The notes beneath the pieces are model-generated. The model was not told where the DNA came from. It did not search any database and saw nothing but the letters and a program-made list of their open reading frames with translations. Source: an uncultured Bacillales bacterium (GTDB taxonomy: Bacteria > Bacillota_I > Bacilli_A > RF39 > UBA660). Taken from it: a stretch of 52,651 bases of DNA. Positions 46,713 through 52,651 of the stretch are shown here, in pieces. Both the position numbers and the translations under genes were made by a program. Each line of letters begins with the position of its first letter. The first letter of the stretch is position 1. Where the stretch lies: assembly GCA_947168625.1 (NCBI GenBank), contig CAMVMQ010000002.1:1-52651 (forward strand). Reading direction: 5' to 3'.

Positions 46713-47744
46713 CTATGGTATTAATCCCCAACCTGTTACTACATATCTTCCCCCTTGTTTTTTGGCAGCTGGCGGTGGATTATTATATAATTTTTTATTT
46801 ATTACAAGAGATGTTGATTGCCCTCCATCAAGATTAGCGGCGTTGTAAGCTCCGTATCTTAGAAGAATATCAACCATATCTTGAAGACTTGCACCATTTA
46901 TGTAGTTTTCTCCATCTACTACAAGGAATATAATTATACCATCTTGTCTTTGTGCAATTGCTATTCTTGGTGCTTTTCCCCATGGATCTCCAACAATATT
47001 TAATGGTTTTCCATTAACTATAAGGAATGGCCCAAATACCATTGCGTCTATTATATCTTCCTTTAACGCTTCATTTGCGGTTGCATTATGCATTAATTTT
47101 AATTTTCCTTCACTCGTCATACCAATTATTTCATCTCTGTATGTATCTGCTTCTTCTTTGCCCCAAGTTATTTTTCCATCTTGTATGACTGTACCTATTG
47201 GAATATCAGAACCGTAGCCATCATCTTGGAAGCCACCACCGTTTATGCATACAATGCCACCATATCTTTCACACATTGTTAGAATTTTTTCTCCTTTTCC
47301 ACCTATATTAAATTTTTTGGTCGATATTAATCGCACTTTTTCTGGAGCATATATTGCCACTAGATATCCATTAGTACTACCTACTTCGATATTAATTACT
47401 TTATATAAATCATCAGGATTATTTCTAGTCAAAAGTTCTTTTTCATATTTATCTTTGTATTTTGTTTTTTCTTTAGTGTTTATATTTATATTATCAGTAT
47501 TTACATCTTCATCTAATTCTACAAAATAGTTTTTATTCATTATTTCTTCTATTACTTTATCGTTAAAAAACACATTGGCAAAATATTGGTGATGCATTGT
47601 TTTCATTGCGGTTGTTACGTATAGATTTCGAACATATGACCATGGCCCATACATTACAAAGAAACATATTAACGCAAGAAAATCTATTAATATAAATAAA
47701 ATTGTTGTTTTATATATTCTTTTCTTTTGTCTTCTTCTACTCAT
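46713..47744 (-). CDS. phosphodiester glycosidase family (DUF2233) membrane-anchored protein
   Basis: N-terminal anchor. CINGGGF and NLDGGQSTSL motifs. Its ATG overlaps the stop of the upstream gene by 8 nt. Confidence 0.75.
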   Translation of the reverse strand: MSRRRQKKRIYKTTILFILIDFLALICFFVMYGPWSYVRNLYVTTAMKTMHHQYFANVFFNDKVIEEIMNKNYFVELDEDVNTDNININTKEKTKYKDKYEKELLTRNNPDDLYKVINIEVGSTNGYLVAIYAPEKVRLISTKKFNIGGKGEKILTMCERYGGIVCINGGGFQDDGYGSDIPIGTVIQDGKITWGKEEADTYRDEIIGMTSEGKLKLMHNATANEALKEDIIDAMVFGPFLIVNGKPLNIVGDPWGKAPRIAIAQRQDGIIIFLVVDGENYINGASLQDMVDILLRYGAYNAANLDGGQSTSLVINKKLYNNPPPAAKKQGGRYVVTGWGLIP

Positions 47745-49080
47745 AATTTACCTCAAATGGACTTTCTTTTGTTCCTGAACCTGTATTTGTTATTAGTTCT
47801 TTTTTTATAGAAATTGTTGGTACTATTTTTAGATTAGATGTTGATACTTTGGTATATACTTTGAAGTCGTTTTGCATTGTATAAATCATATTACTATCTT
47901 TTGATATACCTGTAGATAAATAGTAATTAGTGTTGTTTGCATTAAGGATTATATCTCCAATGCTTAGAAGTGATACCTTCGTCTTAATTGTTTCTTCAAG
48001 TACTTTAGTATAATCATAATTGTTGGTATTGTTGTAAATTCCATTTGAATATGATACTTTATTAATTATATTTTTGTATTTTAAACTATTTAAATACGTA
48101 TGATTTAGGTAATAGGCTAATGATCCATAGAGTGTATCATTATGTTGATAGTTTTTATTTGAATATTTATATTTTATTTCTTCATTGTTAATTGTTAAAT
48201 AGTAATCTAGAGATAATTTTATGTTTTCATCTTCTACTTTATATATTCTCCATATGTCATTATCTATCTTTACATATGTTCCTACTAAAGATGATTCTTC
48301 TTCAAAGGTATAAGGATTTTCTTTTGTTCCGTCTCCACTTTTAATTTTAGTATTTTTCTTAATTGTAATTGTTGGCTTTATACCAATAATATCTGTTCCA
48401 TCTGACGTACTTATTTTTCCATCTTTATCTACGCACCAAATATCATTATTATTTGCTTTATTAATTAGATAATAATATTCACCATTATTTAAAAAACTGT
48501 TTGATGCACCAGTATTTACGTAATCATTTATTGATGGCAATGTTATAAGTGTGTCCTCTATTTTGTTTTTGCATGTTATATTTTTTACGTCATCAATAGT
48601 GTCATAACATGTGTTAGTATATGTAAGATATTTATCTGAATTATTTAGTAATTCTTCTAGTATTCCAGTGTTTTTTTCTTTTGCTTTATTAAGCCATTTA
48701 TAAATGTTTTCATTTTTAAAATCTGTAGTATTATTTGCAAGAGAAGTAATGCTATTATCTAGTGATATGACTGTTGTGCCATCAGATGATACTTTGATAA
48801 TTCTCCATAATAAGTTGGAATATGATATGTAATTATTTATTTCATTTCCATAGAAATAATAGTCACCATTTATATTTTTAAAGTTATCATTTCCTTCATT
48901 ATTATTTTTAATTGTATCTTTAATGTATAATACTTCAGCTACTGTATTATTTTCTTTGTATAGTTTTATAAATCTTATTCCATAAAATAAAATGCATGAT
49001 AAGATAAATATTAAGCTTATTAGATTAAATATTTTTTGAATACTTACTTTTTTCTTTTTTTTATTTTCTTTTTTTTTCAC
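47737..49080 (-). CDS. membrane-anchored hypothetical protein with an internally duplicated ~190-aa domain
   Basis: GTG start, Lys-rich anchor. Two homologous halves each contain WRI.KV and end in I.P.I.IKK....G.GTKE.P(Y/F) (KIKSGDGTKENPYTFE and ITNTGSGTKESPFEV). Confidence 0.65.
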   Translation of the reverse strand: MKKKENKKKKKVSIQKIFNLISLIFILSCILFYGIRFIKLYKENNTVAEVLYIKDTIKNNNEGNDNFKNINGDYYFYGNEINNYISYSNLLWRIIKVSSDGTTVISLDNSITSLANNTTDFKNENIYKWLNKAKEKNTGILEELLNNSDKYLTYTNTCYDTIDDVKNITCKNKIEDTLITLPSINDYVNTGASNSFLNNGEYYYLINKANNNDIWCVDKDGKISTSDGTDIIGIKPTITIKKNTKIKSGDGTKENPYTFEEESSLVGTYVKIDNDIWRIYKVEDENIKLSLDYYLTINNEEIKYKYSNKNYQHNDTLYGSLAYYLNHTYLNSLKYKNIINKVSYSNGIYNNTNNYDYTKVLEETIKTKVSLLSIGDIILNANNTNYYLSTGISKDSNMIYTMQNDFKVYTKVSTSNLKIVPTISIKKELITNTGSGTKESPFEVNYE

Positions 49081-49195
49081 TTCATCATCCCTTCTTCTAC
49101 TGTGTTAATTATATCAAATAAAGGCTATTTTGACAACATTGTAAGAAATAATTTACTAAAATGTTTTTTTTTGTTATAATGATAATGTGATTGTT

Positions 49196-49390
49196 ATGGA
49201 ATATAAATTAAATGATAGAGTTATAATGAAAAAGGTTCACCCTTGTGGTAATTATGAATTTGAGATTATAAGATTAGGTGCTGATATTAAAATTAGATGC
49301 ACGAAATGTAATAGAGTAATAATGTTATCGAGGGTTGAATTTAATAAGAGAATTAAGAAGGTGATTTTTTGTGAAAAAGAAGAAAATTAG
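49196..49390 (+). CDS. DUF951 family small protein (YyzM-like)
   Basis: MEYKLNDRVIMKKVHPCG...RCTKCNR pattern with a CxxC pair. Confidence 0.7.
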   Translation: MEYKLNDRVIMKKVHPCGNYEFEIIRLGADIKIRCTKCNRVIMLSRVEFNKRIKKVIFCEKEEN

Positions 49391-50906
49391 GCTTCATCCT
49401 GCACTTGTTTTTTTAATACTTACTATTGTAATTATGATTATTAGTGTTATTGGTAGTTTACTTAATTTAGAGGCAAGTTACTTTGTTGTAAATGAATCTA
49501 CTGGTGATTTAACTAGTAGAGTTGTTACTATTAATAATTTATTTAATAGAACAGGACTTCAGTATTTGATTAGTAATATGCTTAATAATTTCTTGAATTT
49601 TGCTCCTTTAGGAAATTTGATTATTGGTTTAATTGGAGTCGGTGTTGGTTACAAATCTGGTTTTTTAAATACTTTGTTTAAAGTAATTGGAGAAAAGATT
49701 CCTAGAAAGGGATTAACTTTTATTGTTGTTTTACTTGGAATTGTTTTTTCAACAGTTTACGAGGTTGGATATGTTATTTTAATTCCAATAGCTGCAATTC
49801 TATTTATGAACTTAGGCAGGCATCCTTCTGCGGGTATTTGTGCATCATTTGCTGGTATTACTTTTGGGTATGGAGCTAATGCTGTTGTAAACCGTCTAGA
49901 TAGTATTCTTGTTAGTTATTCTAATAAAGCTGCTCTGATACTTGATTCTTCTTACAATGTAAATATATATGGTAATGTTATTTTTACTATTATTAGTACA
50001 ATAATTTTAGCTTATGTGGGAATGATTACTACAGAAAGGTTTATTATACCTAAACTTGGTAAATACTATTTTGATGCTGAAGAACCTTCACAAAATACTG
50101 AAGTAACTAAAAGGGAGAAAAAAGGTCTTGTTATTTCTTTGGTGGCTTCCTTTGTCGTTTTAGTTATACTTATATATTGTTTGGTTAGAGGACTTCCATT
50201 TTCAGGTTTATTACTTGATCTAAAGCAATCTAGATATGTTGATATGTTATTTGGTGATGAATCATATTTTTATAAAGGTGCTGTTACAATATTCTCTTTT
50301 TTACTTATCTTTTCTTCTGTTATATATGGTATTAGAACGAAAACTATAAAAAATAATAGGGACATAGTAGATAGCATGAGTTATTATTTGAGGGATGTTG
50401 CTTCAATTCTTGTTTTGATATTTTTTGCTGCACAATTCTGTTTGATTTTTAAACAGACTAATATGGGCTTATTTGTTGTTGCTTCTCTTTCGGAACTATT
50501 AAATAGTATGGAACTTTCGGGTCTTTCTCTTGTAGTTATTACTTTTTTGATTGTTGCTGTTTCGTCGTTTTTTGTTCCCATGGCTTCGACTAAATGGGCA
50601 ATGCTTTCTCCTACTATTGTACCTATGTTTATGCAGGCTAGTATGACTCCTGAGTTTGCTGAAGCAGTTTTTAGAGCTGCTGATAGTAGTACAAAGGGAT
50701 TAACTCCTTTATTTAGTTATTTTGTTATTTTAATTGGTTTTTTACATATATATAATAAAAGAAAAAATGATGTTATTACGATAACTGATGCTATGAGTTT
50801 AATGGCTCCTTATACAATTGCTTTTATGATTGTTTGGTTTATTTTAATTTTGGCTTTTTATATTATGGGTATTCCAATTGGAATAGATACTAGGGTTATG
50901 TTATAG
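49371..50906 (+). CDS. abgT: AbgT family transporter (p-aminobenzoyl-glutamate transporter-like)
   Basis: About 12 TM helices. N-terminal pattern FNRTGLQYLISNMLNNFLNFAPLGNLIIGLIGVGVGYKSGF is typical of AbgT. GAAGGTGA SD precedes GTG 49371. Confidence 0.72.
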   Translation: MKKKKIRLHPALVFLILTIVIMIISVIGSLLNLEASYFVVNESTGDLTSRVVTINNLFNRTGLQYLISNMLNNFLNFAPLGNLIIGLIGVGVGYKSGFLNTLFKVIGEKIPRKGLTFIVVLLGIVFSTVYEVGYVILIPIAAILFMNLGRHPSAGICASFAGITFGYGANAVVNRLDSILVSYSNKAALILDSSYNVNIYGNVIFTIISTIILAYVGMITTERFIIPKLGKYYFDAEEPSQNTEVTKREKKGLVISLVASFVVLVILIYCLVRGLPFSGLLLDLKQSRYVDMLFGDESYFYKGAVTIFSFLLIFSSVIYGIRTKTIKNNRDIVDSMSYYLRDVASILVLIFFAAQFCLIFKQTNMGLFVVASLSELLNSMELSGLSLVVITFLIVAVSSFFVPMASTKWAMLSPTIVPMFMQASMTPEFAEAVFRAADSSTKGLTPLFSYFVILIGFLHIYNKRKNDVITITDAMSLMAPYTIAFMIVWFILILAFYIMGIPIGIDTRVML

Positions 50907-51022
50907 AAGATACTTTATGTATTTTCTTTTTTTGTCTATTTTTAAGTTTTAAATATATAATTATTATGTTTTAAAAATAGAATAATAATGTTATAATAGT
51001 TTGGTAGAAAGAAGTGATGTTG

Positions 51023-52120
51023 ATGAGTTTAACTGCAGGTATTGTTGGTCTTCCTAATGTTGGAAAATCTACTTTATTCAATGCTATAACTAAAAAAAAT
51101 ATATTAGCTGCTAATTATCCTTTTGCGACTATTGATCCTAATGTCGGAGTTGTTACTGTTCCAGATAAAAGAGTTGAAGTGTTAGAAAATATGTATACTC
51201 CTAATAGAACTATTCCTACAACATATGAGTTTACTGATATTGCTGGTCTTGTAAAGGGTGCTAGTAATGGTGAAGGTCTGGGCAATAAGTTTTTATCGCA
51301 TATTAGGGAAGTTGATGCTATTGTAGAAGTGGTTAGATGTTTTGAGGATGAGAATATTATTCATGTAGATGGATGTATTAATCCAATAAGGGATATTGAG
51401 GTTATTGATGTTGAACTTGCTTTATCGGATTTAGAAATTATTGATTCTAGAATTAATAAAATTGGCAAGAAGGCATTGACTACTAAAAATAAGGATGATG
51501 TTAAAGAAATAGAATTACTTACTAAAATTAAAAAGTCTCTAGAAGAAAATATTCCGGTAAGAAAATTAGGACTAGATGATGAAGAAAAAAAGATTATTAG
51601 TTCATTTAATTTAATTACTTTAAAACCTATTATATATGCTTTAAATGTAGGAGAAGATGAAATTACTAATGGTAATGAATATACTAAGAAAGTTATAGAA
51701 TATGCAGAAAAAGAAGGATCTGAAACAGTTATTATTTGTGCTAAGTTAGAAAGCGAATTATCAGAACTTAACGATGATGAAAAGAATGAATTCTTAAAAG
51801 AACTTGGTATTAATGAAAGTGGTTTAGATGCTCTTATTCATAAAACATATAAGTTATTAGGACTTGCTACATTCTTTACAGTAGGAAGTGATGAAGTTAG
51901 AGCATGGACTTTTAGAAAAGGAATGAAAGCTCCTGAATGCGCTGGTATTATTCATAGTGATTTTGAAAGAGGTTTTATTAAAGCCGAAGTTATGTCTTAT
52001 GATGACTTAATTACTGCTGGCAGTGAACTTAAGGTTAGAGAAAATGGTAGAGCTAGAATAGAAGGTAAAGAGTATATTATGCAAGATGGGGATATTTGCC
52101 ATTTTAGATTTAATGTATAG
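51023..52120 (+). CDS. ychF: redox-regulated ribosome-binding ATPase YchF
   Basis: MSLTAGIVGLPNVGKSTLFNA, DIAGLVKGAS, and a C-terminal TGS-like domain ending HFRFNV. Confidence 0.95.
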   Translation: MSLTAGIVGLPNVGKSTLFNAITKKNILAANYPFATIDPNVGVVTVPDKRVEVLENMYTPNRTIPTTYEFTDIAGLVKGASNGEGLGNKFLSHIREVDAIVEVVRCFEDENIIHVDGCINPIRDIEVIDVELALSDLEIIDSRINKIGKKALTTKNKDDVKEIELLTKIKKSLEENIPVRKLGLDDEEKKIISSFNLITLKPIIYALNVGEDEITNGNEYTKKVIEYAEKEGSETVIICAKLESELSELNDDEKNEFLKELGINESGLDALIHKTYKLLGLATFFTVGSDEVRAWTFRKGMKAPECAGIIHSDFERGFIKAEVMSYDDLITAGSELKVRENGRARIEGKEYIMQDGDICHFRFNV

Positions 52121-52129
52121 GAGAAGAAT

Positions 52130-52597
52130 GTGGATATATTTGAATTTAAGAAATTATTAAGTGAATGTTGGAATATAGAAACATGTTCTCCAGGATTGAA
52201 AGATAAATGGAGTGAGGATAATCCATCAATAGGGCAGTGTGCTATTACTGCTTTAATTGTAAATGATTATTTTGATGGAAAAATAATGAGATGTATGTCT
52301 TCTAGTGGTAGTCATTATTATAATATAATTGATGATAAAATAATTGATCTAACTAAAGAACAATTTTTAGGAGAAATTCCTTTATATGAAGAAGGACAAG
52401 AAAGAACAAGAGAATATCTGTTGAGTAACGAAGATACAAAAAAGAGATATTTAATGTTAAAAGAAAGCTTGCTTAATATAATTGGATACAAAAAAAATAA
52501 TTATAAAATATGTTTTAATGATGGAATAGAAAATACATTTATGTCAGAGGAAGTTGCCGAAGATTTTAGAAAACTTTTAAGAAGTTGTAGTAGATAA
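52130..52597 (+). CDS. hypothetical protein (possibly YunG-like)
   Basis: GTG start after GGAGAAG. The pattern W..ETCSP....W..DNPSIGQCAITALIV.D...G......HYYN is recalled from small conserved Bacillota proteins. No function is inferable. Confidence 0.5.
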   Translation: MDIFEFKKLLSECWNIETCSPGLKDKWSEDNPSIGQCAITALIVNDYFDGKIMRCMSSSGSHYYNIIDDKIIDLTKEQFLGEIPLYEEGQERTREYLLSNEDTKKRYLMLKESLLNIIGYKKNNYKICFNDGIENTFMSEEVAEDFRKLLRSCSR

Positions 52598-52651
52598 TTT
52601 TTTGTTGATGAAAAAGGAATGGTTTTACAAAAAAAGAAGAAATAGTAAAAA

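Noticed and set aside
49041-49080. A9 and A8 homopolymer tracts at the 5' end of the 447-aa gene as slipped-strand phase-variation switches. Similar Lys-rich 5' ends occur at 46600..46637 and 47710..47744.
   Set aside because: Lys/Arg-rich N-termini before a signal anchor are normal, and poly-A codon runs (AAA) are expected in a genome this AT-rich. There is no evidence of variation from a single sequence.

Overview
AT-rich (roughly 25-27% GC by eye) Bacillota chromosome segment spanning the replication origin and about 45 kb of the right replichore. A bipartite oriC flanks dnaA, with DnaA boxes of the variant TTATCAACA. Downstream gene order resembles Bacillus: dnaA-dnaN-(ComK-like)-recF-gyrB-gyrA, tadA-dnaX-ybaB-recR-bofA-like-holB-ricT-yabB-rsmI-pth-mfd, spoVT, T-box-dut-metG-tatD-3D protein, spoIID-M23 peptidase-mreB/mbl, rpiB, dusB-RDD-lysS, clpC, DUF951-abgT-ychF. 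Nearly all genes are on the + strand, co-directional with the rightward fork. No rRNA gene, complete tRNA gene, CRISPR array, transposase or integrase was seen.

Main observations:
1. Five parS-type palindromes (TGTTCCACGTGGAACA) lie within 520 bp between gyrA and tadA. They alternate with DnaA-box-like 9-mers.
2. Two exact Noc-binding-site palindromes (TATTTCCCGGGAAATA) are present, one of them inside dnaX.
3. A lone minus-strand 500-aa protein has an unrecognisable helical N-terminal region and a RelE/ParE-like C-terminal module. It is my best candidate for an undescribed toxin or defence gene.
4. An orphan HerA-like ATPase is transcribed head-on into oriC.
5. About 105 bp of the mfd 3' end plus its terminator is duplicated, framing two tandem cassettes for membrane-anchored proteins.
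6. A four-copy intergenic element carries a covarying hairpin and a tRNA D-arm-like segment.
7. A methionine-type T-box precedes a dut-metG operon.

All coordinates of short sites were counted by hand and may be off by 1-2 nt.
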